A model generated the notes under the pieces. The model did no database searches, had not been told where the DNA came from, and saw nothing but the letters and a program-made list of their open reading frames with translations. From the NCBI GenBank assembly GCA_002269645.1, contig NIVC01000056.1:62001-126000 (forward strand): DNA of 64,000 bases. The letters run 5' to 3'. The position numbers were made by a program, and so were the translations under genes. Below, piece by piece: positions 12,646-25,513 of this stretch. Source of the DNA: Macrostomum lignano (Eukaryota). The first letter of the stretch is position 1, and each line of letters opens with the position of its first letter.

Positions 12646-12942
12646 CATACATGCGCAACGTCCAAAATTCGGTCGGCCGTGCGACTTAGTTTTAACAAAA
12701 ATGCGACGTAGTTTTTGGCCAAAAATGCGACTTACATGTAAAAAAACCCTAAAGCAAAATTAACGCAACTTTGGGTAAACGGCGGGAGTAACTATGACTG
12801 TCTTATCAGGCAAAAATGCCTCGTCAGCTACTTAGTACTACTGCGTGGGTATTTTTTGGGTGGGCATTTTTGCGACTTCCTTGGTTGGCTGCCAAATCAG
12901 TCGGCCGGATCGGCCGACTTGGCCGACTGTTGCGCATGTATG
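12646..12942. mobile_element. hAT-type MITE family A (297 bp)
   Basis: Perfect 14-bp TIR CATACATGCGCAAC / GTTGCGCATGTATG. 8-bp TSD GGCCTAGC. Confidence 0.92.
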
Positions 12943-12972
12943 GGCCTAGCTCTAAATAATCTATAGAAATGC

Positions 12973-13438
12973 TAGACCCATAGTCAGAAAGATGGCACAA
13001 TGTGTGCCAGAATAAATTTTTTTGGGACAATCTGTGCGCCATCTGTGCACTATGTCTGTGCCCTTATTTTACGTATTTTATAAAATTTACATAATTTACA
13101 TATTTTATGTAAATTACATATTTTACAACAAATTTACAAAATTCTTAGAATTCATGTAGACTCAATATGCTATGCCAGTTTTATGCTAATAAAGATTCTA
13201 TTCTGATTCTTTATGCACCAAAGTTGTGCATAGCACTACATATGTCAGGGACCTTATGCACTGCATGCGCCGCAATTATGTGCCGCATGCGCTAGGGACC
13301 TTAGTATACGCCATGATTGTGTGCCGCATGTGTTAAGGACCTTAGTGTGCGCCATGATTGTGCACCAAGTGTGCTAAGGACCCTTTGTGTGCGCTGGAAT
13401 TTTCTATGGCAAAGGCCACCTTCCTGACTTTGGTGCTA
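12973..13438. mobile_element. Degenerate MITE-like element
   Basis: Imperfect inverted ends TAGACCCATAGTCAGAAAGATGGC / GCCACCTTCCTGACTTTGGTGCTA and internal short repeats (TGTGCGCCATGATTG). No clean TSD. Confidence 0.4.
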
Positions 13439-14264
13439 GACCCTAAATTGTTGATTTAATAGCTTTTACTTAGGCCTATATTATACCTTGTTGCTAGATT
13501 GGCAATCTTTCAGTTTCCCACTCTAAATTATTTAAACCCCTTTTTGAACTTTTCAGAGTCTGACAAGCTCACAGAGTTCTTGCAAGAGTTCATAGAGTTC
13601 TCTGTCTGTGTCTATCTGTCTAGCTAAGTGTCTATATAGACTAATAGTGTGTTATCTAGTAGAGGATATTGCAAAAGTGCTGATAGGGGAAAGCTCGGAA
13701 AATGGTAGACTATCAGATAGTTGGCCAATATGTTGCAGGCAGCCCATTGGTCCAGGGTTTAAATAATTTAGAGCAGGAAACTAAAGGGTAATAGTCCACT
13801 TCAGTAACAGCCATTTTGGTAACAGCCACTTCAATAAAAAGTGAATAATATAATATGCATTAATTGATATGCTCCAAAAGGATGTGCAAACAAACTTTAA
13901 AGAAAAAATGACAAAACACATGCATACCTGCATGTGTTTAACTTGTTTTAAAGTGTTTTAACCAATCTATTTTAATTTCCAGATGAGTCAGATTATGTGC
14001 ACCCAAGACATCCTATAATTAACCAAATTTTATGACCATATACATTGGAATCCCTGATCTAGTTAGTGAATAGTGACTTAAAATTACAGAATCTACTTTT
14101 TTCTTCATTAATTATTTAAAAAAAAATTCAATTTCAATGAATGTATGAGAGCTATATAGCTCACTTTGCTTAATTTTCTTTGCCTTCAAATGTTTCACAG
14201 TTACCATGCAAGTTTAAACAAATTATAATACAGTTTAACTAGAAAGTTTAATGATATGTGCAAT

Positions 14265-14561
14265 CATACATGCGCAACCCCTAAATGTCGGTCGGCCGTG
14301 CGACTTAGTTTTAACAAAAATGCGACGTACTTTTTGGCCAAAAATGCAACTTACATGTAAAAAACCCAAAAGCAAAATCAACGCAACTTTGGGTAAACGG
14401 CAGGAGTAACTATAACTGTCTTATTAAGCCAAAATGTCTCGTCAGCTACTTAGTACTACTACTTGGGTGTTTTTTCGGGTGGGCATTTTTGCGACTTCCT
14501 TGGTTGGCCGCCAAATCGGTCGGCCAGATCGGCCGACTCGGCCGACTGTTGCGCATGTATG
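14265..14561. mobile_element. hAT-type MITE family A (297 bp)
   Basis: Perfect 14-bp TIR. 8-bp TSD TGTGCAAT (14257-14264 / 14562-14569). Confidence 0.92.
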
Positions 14562-15214
14562 TGTGCAATAAAACATTTGAAATGTTAATTATTAAACTAA
14601 TTATTGCCAAACCTAATTATCATAAAAATATAGTGTCGACAATCATAAATCTGCTCATCTGCTATTACCAAAGATGAAAAGTGGCAGTTACCAAAGTATT
14701 CATTTTTGTTACCAAAGAGGCTGTTACCGAAATGGCTGTTACCAATCCACCAAAGTGGATTGTATTCAAACTGAAGGATGAATTGGTTTCCCAACAGACA
14801 TTCAGACAGACATTTAGAAATTGTTCAGTAAATGTTTCACAAAATTTGCTATTTAGTATGCAAGACAGTGTAAATTTTTAGACATTTTTACACATGTCTC
14901 TGCTTTAAAAAGACATCTCAGACACACACAAAGACGCTTCATAAACTGAGATATTCCCTAGCAACTGTTGTTACGACATTTCCCAATATAGCAAATACTG
15001 TATATAGTAGTTTTTTGAGAAGCCGCTACATCATCCCACTTTGGTCTTGCTACATGAAATTTGCACAGCTGTTTTACACATGTCTCTGCTTTAAAAAGAC
15101 ACCTCAGACATACACAAAAATGCTTCACAAGCTGAGATATTCCCTAGCAACTGTTGTTACAACGTTTCCCTATATACCAAATATGTATATCGCAGTTCAG
15201 CCTAGACATCGCTG

Positions 15215-16000
15215 ATCACTGATCAAGCCTCAACAATGGGCAAACCTCAACTGCTAGGTATCCTCAGTTGTCTCTTCGAGCACTCTGTCATCATCCAGAC
15301 GCTGTTGCCACCTTCAACAGATTATACCATGTGACTATATATGAATAGCCTGATAAGAATTTTTCTAGTTTCACTGATCAAGCCTTGAAAATAGGCAAGC
15401 CTCAACTGTGGGGCATTCTCAGCTAGTCTCTCAAGCATTCAGGCATCACCTAGACGCCGTTGGCACCTTCAATGGACTACACCAGCTGACTATGGACATT
15501 CTAATACAAATACGCCAGATTTTTCTTATCAAGCTTCAATAATGGGCAAAACTTAACTGCCAGACATTCTCAGCTAGAATCTTGAGCCTTCAGTCACCAC
15601 CCCGATGCTATCGGGACCTTCAACAGGTGGCACCAGGTGACTATGAACATCCTGATACAAATTTCTCTAGTTTTGCTATTCAAACCTTTACAGTGCAGGC
15701 AAGCCTCAACTGCTAGGTATCCTTAGCTGGTCTCCCAAGCATTTAGTCATCACCCCGACACTGTAGGCATCTTCAACAGATGACACCAGGTGACTGTGAC
15801 CACCCTGATGCAAATTTCTTGAGTTTTGCTGATCAAGCCTCAACAGTGAGCAAGCTTCAACTTTTGGACACCCTTAGCTAGGCCTAGTCTCTCTACTCTA
15901 GCATTCCGTCACCACTTCGACACCGTCGACACCTTCAATAGGTGGCATCAGATGACTATGGACATCCTTTTGCAACTATGTCAGGTTTTTCTTATCCACC
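15215..16000. repeat. Degenerate tandem repeat of about 153-155 bp, about 5 copies
   Basis: TGATCAAGCC-like anchors recur near 15220, 15375, 15528, 15678 and 15831, with shared CCTCAACTG, CACCTTCAA and GTGACTAT blocks. Confidence 0.75.
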
Positions 16001-16157
16001 CAGACGAAATCACCATCAACCAGCCTAGCCAATGCCTTATGTAGACAGTAGGCCTAGTAATGCAACACTGATTTACATTAGCCATAGCCCATATAGGCAT
16101 AGGCATAGGCCCAATATTTAATTTTAAATATAGATTATAATAATTAAATAAATTTAA

Positions 16158-16384
16158 CAATTAATATAGAGGCCTAGTGAAACTTAGAAAAGAAAGCATT
16201 AAACCTAATAGTGTTTTTAGTTTTTTATAATCTATAACTATAGCCTATTTTTAGTTTTTAGTTTTTTATAATCTATAACTATAGCCTATAGTTATAGATT
16301 ATAGTTATAGATTATAAAAAACTAAAAACACTATTAGGTTTAATGCTTTCTTTTCTAAGTTTCACTAGGCCTCTATATTAATTG
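16158..16384. repeat. Perfect AT-rich inverted repeat (arms of about 85 bp) with local duplications
   Basis: CAATTAATATAGAGGCCTAGTGAAAC...ATAACTAT is mirrored by ATAGTTAT...GTTTCACTAGGCCTCTATATTAATTG. Confidence 0.85.
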
Positions 16385-16660
16385 TAAAATTGTAAAAGAT
16401 TATAAAAAACTAAAAACACTATTAGGCTATTATCTAGTATTACAATGTCAATGTCATATGACAGACACAAATATTGGCAATATAAAGTCGTAAAGACTAT
16501 CATAGACATAAAAAACCCTAGGCCAAATTTTTTTCAAAAACTGTATTTTCTCACGAATAGAACATGAATATTTATTATCGTGATTATTTAACGCTCGAAA
16601 CTATAATCAATTATTGAAATATTTTTTAATGCCACTGTACAGATTAAATATTACTGAATA

Positions 16661-17466
16661 GGCAGTGCTTATTTAGCCGGCACCGGCCGAATAAGTTCGC
16701 TACTATTTAGCCGGCAGTCCTGCCCCACTGCCGGTCAAATAAGCTCGTCACTATTTAGCCGGCAGTCCTGCCCCACTGCCGGTCAAATAATTGCGTCACT
16801 ATTTAGCCGGCAATCCTGGCCCCCAATGGCCACGCCAATATATATATTTATTTGAGATATTTAAACTTTATAAATCTGTAAAGCGAATATAAATCAATGC
16901 AGATTCAGTACAATTTATTACTTGCCTTCAAGTTTGTTTAATTGTTTCTGGAAGTCTTGCATATTCCGGAAATTATTTGTAGCAGCAGAAGACACATTAA
17001 CAATTAAAAAATTAATTATGCATGTTTTACTTTCACTTTAATCTCTGAATCAAAAAACTCCAAAATTGTAGGATAAATAATTAGCTTGTAGTATGTTAAA
17101 TTATTAATTTAAGGTCATGACGAGCAGTGCGCAGTTATAAAATGTATAAATGTATTTTGACCAGCGTGGCCATTGGGCCAGGACTGCCGGCTAAATAGTG
17201 ACGCAATTATTTGACCAGCAGTGGGGCAGGACTGCCGGCTAAATAGTGACGCGCTTATTTGACCGGCAGTGGGACAGGACTGCCGGCTAAATAGTGACGC
17301 GATTATTTGACTGGCAGTGGGGCAGGACTGCCGGCTAAATAGTGACGAGCTTATTTGACCGGCAGTGGGGCAAGACTGCCGGCTAAATAATGGCGAACTT
17401 ATTCGGCCGGTGCCGGCTAAATAGTAGCAAACTTATTCGACCGGTGCCGGCTAAATAAGCACTGCC
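16661..17466. mobile_element. Mutator/foldback-type non-autonomous element with modular TIRs
   Basis: TIR GGCAGTGCTTATTTAGCCGGCACCGG. Perfect 9-bp TSD TACTGAATA (16652-16660 / 17467-17475). The arms are built of 48-bp subrepeats. Confidence 0.9.
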
Positions 17467-18106
17467 TACTGAATATGTATATTTAACAACGATTAAAATC
17501 GAAGGTTTTAAAATTTCAAACTTTTATGTCAGAAATCTAAATCATTAAAACGAATTTTGTGCGCAATTGAAATTCAATTTAAAAGTTTATGCTAAACTGA
17601 AAATATTTTGCAGCCAACATTTTTTTAATCGCTTTGAACGATCCTTAAAAATGTAGCTTTGTACTTTAAAAACACGCAAAGAGCTGATCAGCTGTACAGT
17701 CCTGTAGCGTTTTCTGTGGGATTGCCATGTATTGCTCGTATCTGATTTTTACGAAGGAAAATTTTTCTCTATCGGACTTCTTGCCGGATTTTTCTATAGC
17801 AAAAACTCATTCAGCGCTATGCGTTCCCTAGCTATATACATGTACACTGTAGCAATACACCACGTAGCATTGTATAGCAATACACCAAGCTTCACAGGCC
17901 TCCGGTTCATTTCTAAGAAAATCTTGCATGTAGCGTCTCTCTACTTAAGTTGTCCCAAGGACCTTGGACAGTGGTCTTTGAGTTGTCTATTGCATATCAT
18001 TAAAGGCATAAATATACAGAAATTGTACAGTAGTCTGTACATGCACAATTGGTACATATCAAAATTTTGTAAATTCATCCAATCACCATGCTCTTGACAA
18101 TTTATG

Positions 18107-18284
18107 CAGTGGCGCAACCAGGGGGGGGCGGTCGCCGCCCCTTAGGCGGAGACCGGAAAAAAATCAAAGTGGGGGATCAAGCGAATTTTCGCCTAAAACA
18201 GAGCCACCCCTCCGCCCCCTTCCCCCTCCCAGGTCTTTACCCTCCAGAATCCACCCCCTCAACAAATTTCTGGTTGCGCTACTA
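18107..18284. mobile_element. Small MITE
   Basis: Inverted ends CAGTGGCGCAACCAG / CTGGTTGCGCTACTA. The TSD is not clean. Confidence 0.55.
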
Positions 18285-18559
18285 TTTGTGGCCATGACGG
18301 ACTTCGAACCTTGCATGCACCTTCATGTATGTATATCATTAATTATGCATGTACACGTAGTTTTATCATTGCCCAGGCCCCAAGGATAGTAAAACTTGAA
18401 GAGTGATTCTACTGCGCAATAATATTTAATATTTAATATTTAATAACAGCAGAAATTAAAAGTTACAGCAATTATTTTTCCTATGTGATTTACTCATTTT
18501 ACTCCACATACTACTTTGATTTGACAAAGGGTTTTAGTCAAGACTAGCAATCTACGCCC

Positions 18560-19907
18560 CCCGTTGGGGAGCCAAAGAAATGCAATACACGTATTTTTAA
18601 TAAGCTACATGTAGCCTTGAAATCTTAAAAAATCTCCTGTCAAAATTCTAACCCTAACCCTAACCCTAACCAAAACCCTAAATTCAATATTTTGTCCATG
18701 AGTTTTTGCATGATCGATGCTTCTATGATTTTTGGCATGATGCTTCCATTGTTTTTGCATGACGCTTCCATTATTTTTGCATGATGCTTCCATGATAAAC
18801 ATTTTTAATAAGCTAAATGAGCCAAGTTATAAGCTACCCTAACCCTAACCCGAATCTTAACGCAATAACCCTGAACCTAACCCTAAACCTAAACCCCAAT
18901 ACCAACCCTAACACTAACCCTACAGCCTGACATCTGCATAAGTTTGTGAAGAGCTAGTAGTATTTTTTAGCTTAGTATCTTAGCGTTAGGGAGCCAAAAA
19001 TACAGTACAAGTTTTGTAATAAACTACATGTAGCATCTCTTTGCAATATACCTCAGAAGTCCCTTGTAAGCCTTGAAATGTCAGTAATTCCCCCCACAAG
19101 CTTTAACAAATCAACTCCCCCCCTTGACATCTCAGCGATGCCCCCAAATAAGCCTTGAAGTCTAAAAAAAATCTGTCAACCTTCTAACCCTAACCCTAGC
19201 CTAACCCTAACCCTAACCCTAGCCTAACCCTAACCCTAACCCTAGCCTAACCCTAACCCTAACCCTAACCCTAACCTAACCCTAAAGCATTGAAGTTTCA
19301 GTAATTCTGAGTCATTATAGCACTACTACAGCATTATAGCGATTCCCTGCAAGCCTCGACATCGTAGGGATTCCCAAATGAATCTCTTAACTTTGACATG
19401 AAGTTTATTTTATTTTTTACATTATGCTTTTTCTATCACCGAGCCCTGAGAAGCCAACAAAAATGTAATAAAAAGTTTTCATTAAACTACATGTAGCTTC
19501 TGACTTTAGCCTTGAAATCTCATTTATACCCCCGTGAGCCTTGACATCTCAGCTATTCCCCCCGTAAGCCTAGACATGTCAGCGATGCCCCCCATAAATC
19601 TTGAAATCTAAAAAAATCCCCTGTTAACCTTGAAACCCGATAAAATGTAACCCTCAATCCACACCTGACCTAAACCTAACTTTAACCCAACCTAAAGCCT
19701 TGAATCTCAGCAATTCTTCTCCCCCAAGCCTTGACATTTTAGTGTTTCCTTCTTTAAGAATCACAGCACTATAACGATTTCCACCAAGCTTTGACATCGT
19801 AGCAATTCCCAAATGAATCTTTTAACTTCGACATGACTTTTCTTATATGTATACATAGTGCTACTTTTATTTTTTACATGACTCTGCTTCTATCAGCGCC
19901 CCCCCCT
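18560..19907. repeat. Modular host repeat with interstitial telomere-like (CCCTAA)n tracts (left part; continues at 26595-26643 and 35025-37715)
   Basis: CCCTAA tracts near 18650-18680, 18835-18920 and 19185-19285 lie among recurring AGCCTTGACATCTCAG and AAACTACATGTAGC modules. The ATGACGCTTC motif at about 18770 matches the satellite at 35170 onward. Confidence 0.75.
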
Positions 19908-22046
19908 CCCTAGTAACACACTTCGTCGCGGCAACGTCGCGTATTGGTCGCGTTAGGTCGCGAAAGTCGCGGCCTTTATTGGTGAAACTTTGACGTTGCG
20001 AAAACGTCGCGAAAACGTCGGAAATCAAAGTACCAAAAAACGTTGAAATTTAACTTAATCAACCTGTTATACCTTTGATCAGACAGTATCAACTGCAATA
20101 TGTATTGCCTCTGAATTCAATAGATGAAAATAGAAAATGGTAGCCATGTAAATGGCAGTGTGCATGAACAAAAAATCTTCATATGTTTAGAGCAATTAAA
20201 ATAGTTGGAATTATTATGTGTGCAGCAAAAAACTTGGATGCCCCGAATATAGCGACAAACTTAGGCTGCGCTAGTTATTTATGAAACCTTTAATTGTTTA
20301 ATTATTCAGTATCTAAGATACTAAAAATGACTTTTTCAGAAGCACGTAATATAATTAACTAAATTACGTAACAACTTATTTGTATGCAAATTATTAGTGG
20401 TTTTAAAACCGTACCGTATTTATTAACTTGAGTGATTTTTTTAATGGGAGTTACTCTTTCGTGGCATTCGTTTGTTAAACTAACTGTTCCGTGTTTAGCA
20501 ATTCAAAACCAACAGAGCGTCTCTCGGCGTGCCACTGTCACGATCAACCTGCAGTTTTCAGTGGACTCGTTGCGGACTGTGTGCTTAATAAATTGAATAG
20601 TATACTCTTAATTCCCAAGTGTTTAATTATCAGCAGGTTGAAGCATTTGAGGTTGAGTTTTTGCTGTTTTGAACAATTGCTGATTGCTTTGAATGAACCA
20701 GTATTTGCATATTTTTTCTTGACCTGGAATTCAGTGTGTAACGACACAGAATATATCCTGTAAAATATTTTACATGTTTGACCAACACAATACCTTAAAG
20801 TGCAAGTGCAATCTTTTATGCTGGCTGCTAGGTGGCGAGTTAAAGTTTATAAGCAATTAGCATTTTAATTCAGTATAAGGGTATTATTTATCATGTGAGC
20901 TCACTTTTCTAAATTTGCATAGGCCTATTATGTTTATGATAGAATTTTTGCACTTTTGGCCCCACCTTTGTGGCTTGAAGTCAATCTATATATCTATATC
21001 AATATTTATGGTATAACATTGTTAGTTGCAAAGTTCATTAAATAATATTGTTTATTGTGCACAAAAAATTAAATTACTGAGTAATTCACAAAACTTAGAT
21101 GCCTGCCCTGCATTCAGGATTCAGGGTCATCATATATTAAGTTGTTCCATAGTATATTATATAAATGTTTATTGGCAAATATTATATTGGCAATCTTAAA
21201 ATTTGAGACATTGGGACAAACATTTTTCTTTAAAATGCACATTTAAACAAAGTTATGCATAGAAATTGTCTTATCTTTATATTAGATGTTTAATTTACCA
21301 AAAAGTAGAAGAAAAGCTAAATATAGACAACATGAAGCCATCAGTGTATTGGATATTAAAAGTGACTGCTACATTATTCTTAATTATACTTTGTTACAAA
21401 ACAATAACATTTTTAAACTGCTTCAAAATATTCTGATATCTAAATAGAATTCAACAAGGAAGAACTCCCTAGGATTTTACAATCATTGTTTATATTAGAC
21501 TTTCTATAGAATAGTTTATTGTGTAAAATGCTAGTAATGTATCAAGTCACTCTAAATGATTTACAATTAAGTCAATATAAAGAAAGCAGCAGAATGACCA
21601 TCTGCTTATATAGTCATTAAATCATATTGCAAAGCAAAGAGTAAAATTTTGATATTATTCAAATTTCAAATTATCAGATTAATTAAAATTGCCTTTCATA
21701 TTCAAAGATCTGCTTTAAAGCTCAATGTTCTTAGTGCTGTTAGCACCTCATTAATTAAATTAGTAATCACATTTCATTTCATTGTTTTATTTCATTTTGC
21801 AGCAATTTGATATTTGCCTTTCTTGGAATACTACGCTCGTATATTGGCTAATTTTGTATAAGTGCCTGCTGACTTAAAAAGCTTTGTATTTGGAATAATT
21901 AATATCTAGCAAAATAGCAGTTTTATTCAACTTGCCAAATTGAAACTGGTTCAAACTTTGTCATAGTTGAAACTAATCATCATATTGGTAAAATAATCTT
22001 ACTGGTAAACTGCTCTAATCACAATCCAACTGGCTTAAAAATTACA

Positions 22047-23962
22047 ATGTACAATGTATCAAAGAGAGCCCAACAACAAGGAATCAAAAGGAAAGTAAAT
22101 GAATTTTTAACAGAACTAAAGGCTAGTTCAACAAGCACAGCACAAGAAGAATATGATAAAAACCCTCAACTAGATGCGTCAGAGCATGAGATCAGCACTT
22201 TTTTTGCTAGTGAAGGAATTCTTGATGAAACCAGCTACAATTATGATGATACCATTGGCGAATGCAGTGATGATGAGTTCTGTGACAATCAGCCAAAGAC
22301 TGACATCGCCCAAGAAATCAGGAATTGGGCTGTCTTGTATAGAATTCCTGGCAATGCACTATCTGCACTATTAAAAATCCTTGTGAATTTTTTCCCATCC
22401 TTGCCATTGTCATCAAGAACTCTTCTCAAGACTCCAAGGCACACAACATTCACTGCAATGGGCTCTGGAAAGTTCACTTACTTCTTCGGGTTGCAAGACC
22501 TTGTGAACCAAGTGCTGTCTTCATCTGAAAAGCCTCAGCTTCAGATCAACATTGATGGCCTACCAGTTGGAAGCAACTCGAAAAAAGAATTTTGGCCAAT
22601 TCAGGCTTCCATTGGAAAAGACCCGCCAACTATAATAGGTCTGTACTGTGGAGAGCAAAAGCCACCTCTTGAGGAATATTTGAAGGATCTGATTGCTGAG
22701 CTGCAAGGTCTTGAAGACTGGTTCGACATCAAGTTCATATGCGACGCTCCAGCTCGTGCATTCATTAAATGCATCAAGGGACACGGCGGATATTCCTCAT
22801 GCGAGCAGTGTACTGCTTATGGCAGATATGTTGGCCACGTAATTCTGGAAGACATTGATGCCCCATTGCGCACGGATGACTCCTTCAGGCAACAGATTGA
22901 TGAGGAGCACCATACCGGAACAAGCCCCCTGATGGCTTTGAAGATCAATATGATTACAGCTTTCCCACTGGACTACATGCATCTTGTATGTCTTGGGGTG
23001 ATGAAGCGGCTGTTGTTGCAATGGGTTGGCGGTCGACTGCCAAATCGACTGTCTAATCAGCACGTATTGCAAATTTCTGGTCATATCCTGAATGTTGCCA
23101 ATTTCATTCCATCGGAGTTTGCTCGAGAACCGAGACCACTGAGTGAATGCCGGCGTTGGAAAGCGACTGAATTCCGGTCATTTCTGCTTTATTCAGGAAA
23201 AGTTGTACTGAAATCAGTTCTGCCCTCCAAGCTGTACAAGCATTTCTTGCTGCTGAGCGTCGCTATTTTCTGCCTGTGTAATCCTGAAAGGTGCATTCAG
23301 CTGGCAGATTATGCTGCAGAACTCCTTCGGATGTTTGTGTCCGACTGTGCGAAAATTTACGGTGACAATTTCATGAGTCATAATGTGCATTGCCTGCTCC
23401 ATCTACCATCCTGTGTCAAACACAACGGGTCTCTTGACAGTTTTTCTTTGCCTTTAAGTTCGAAAACAATATGCAATCCATCAAAGCAAAACTCAGAACC
23501 AGCAACTTACCATTCGAGCAAGTTTGCAACAGAATTCACGAAGAAAAAAGCATCAACGTGAATCGATCAGCCGCCAAGTCTACAAAATACATTGGCCTGC
23601 ATTGGTCAGGTCCGCTTCCGAATATTCCCCCTTCGTGCATTGAGCAGTACAGAGCGATCATTTCGAGCAGGTTCAGACTGTCCAGTGCCGTAAATGATTC
23701 CTTCATTGAATGCTCAGAAGGCTGCTACTATAGAATCGTGAATGTCCTGCAGGTGGAGAATGAGTCCAGCTTGGTGTGTCGCCGATTCAAAACCAAAGAG
23801 TCATTCTTCGCATACCCTGTTGAATCAGAAAAGATGGGAATCCATGTTGTGTCGAATTTAGATTTAGTTAACCTCTACACACTACGAATTACAGAGGTGA
23901 AGAGAAAGTTCTACGGACTGCCCGTCGACAACAAGGTTGTCCTCACACCCATGTTTCTGTAA
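22047..23962 (+). pseudogene. EnSpm/CACTA transposase with one frameshift near 23447
   Basis: Motifs include LQINIDGLP, FICDAPARAFIKCIKGHGGYSSCEQC, FPLDYMHLVCLGVMKRLL, RWKATEFRSFLLY and NVHCLLHL. Removing 2 nt (TT) at about 23447 restores LDSFSAFKFENNMQ and joins ORFs 22047-23561 and 23471-23962. Confidence 0.88.
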
Positions 23963-23975
23963 AACATCGTTGCAG

Positions 23976-25513
23976 ATGCACTTTTGCGTTGTGGAATTTG
24001 CGGACAAGTCAGTTGAATATGTCAGCGAGGCCTGGCTCGTAGGACGTACCCGCTGTTACTGGCCACCGATAACTGTAGCGAGGGCCATTAAGTTAAGGTC
24101 GAAGCACGCTGCACCGAATTCAGAATGGGAGCTTCATGACATTAAAATTTTGTCGATGACAACCAACGAATGCACGGCACGCCGACGACTCAACCGGGCA
24201 TCATGCGGCACAGAAGAGCTGACAACCGATGCTGAGGCAACAGCCAACAGGAAGCGCACTCAACCGATCCGCTTCATCGATGGGCCTGCTCAGCAAAACA
24301 AAAAAAAAGACGGCAAGGATCGTGTCAGACTCAGATCTAGAGTCATGCGATGGATATGACGATGATGCTGATCTGCCACCTCCATTGCCAAATTTTCGTG
24401 AGTACGCACATTTGAAGTTCGATCTTTGAATTGGCTAAAACAAATTTCAGTAAATCAAATGTTTTAAAACTGTTCATTCTTCTGCAGCCCGCATTAATGA
24501 GACGCCCCGAGCAGCGAGAGGCGGACGCGAAGAGTCAGTGGGATCGTCCAGCTGTGCAGCTGTTCTGTTTGAGGCGGCGCATTTGAATTCGTGCAGGCAG
24601 GATGACGCTGCGCAGTTGACGCAGACGCCGGCTGCTGCTGCCTACCCCGCTCAACAGTCGAACCAGACTCCCCTCTCGAATGCTTTGGGAATGACGCCGG
24701 CAAACAGGCCGCTCTCAGCTGTGCGACCTCCCGCTCCACCGTCAGCTGCTGCCTCCGCTGCCGCAAGTGAACCCAGACTGGCAGTTGCGCCAGATTGTGC
24801 TGCAGGCGCGAGCACGCGTAAGTGTTCACAGATTCATTTGAAATGCTGTTGTTGTGAGAACTAAAATCATGCACGTGTACACCAATGCCATTTTTGCTAA
24901 AGTACAAGAGCACTGTAGTGTGATATCCATGATGAAAATTCCCGCCTTGATGTTTCAGCATTCGAGAAGATTGTTATGAGGGAACTGGCAGCCATCCGTC
25001 AATACGTTGAACGGATTGAACGCACGGTCTCCGCGATCGCGTCACGAAAGAGCGTGGCGGCTCCAAATCTGCCTGTCAACTTGCCGTGCTCGGCAGAAGA
25101 CATGGCAGAACTAGTCCAGCATCTGGAAGAAAATCCAGCGGATGCAGAAGCGCTCGTGAGTGCATCGGCGTTCCTGTTTTTCTTCAATTCTTCTGTTGCG
25201 TGTAAAATAAAAAACAATTAGACAATTTTGCGTAACTGCTTCACTTGCATTACAGGAAGGACAGATGGCCTGCATTGGTGGCGGCAGCACCCAGGATGCA
25301 GTGCGTCGCATTTTGCGCCGGCTGCTGGCTCCGCCGGCTATGGCGAGTTTTAGTTTCGCAGGACGGCGAGAGAAAGCGGCGTTCAAGGACAGCATCCTGT
25401 GGACAATCGTGCGAGGTGCAACGCTACGCAGCGTCAAGGCGAAGGAGAAGGAGATAGAAGCCGCTGTAAAGGAGGTGCTAAAGCATGCAAATGACCCGAA
25501 TCGCGCTCGTTAG
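23976..25513 (+). pseudogene. EnSpm accessory ORF2 (DUF4806-like), 4 exons (23976-24397, 24488-24817, 24959-25155, 25256-25513), one frameshift in the A-run at about 24300
   Basis: The N-terminus MHFCVVEFADKSVEYVSEAWL..CYWPP and C-terminus IGGGSTQDAVRRIL..FSFAG..K.AF..EIEAAVKEVLKHAND fit the accessory protein of animal CMC elements. GT-AG introns keep frame (phases 1, 1, 0). The domain name is recalled, not searched. Confidence 0.72.

Noticed and set aside
13790-14760. Older TIR element surrounding the MITE at 14265 (inverted GGTAACAGCC repeats)
   Set aside because: It is plausible, but the ends and TSD could not be defined, so it is not listed as a feature.
19185-19285. A true telomere or chromosome fusion point
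   Set aside because: The tracts are short, all in one orientation and embedded in a repeated module, with no head-to-head TTAGGG/CCCTAA junction.
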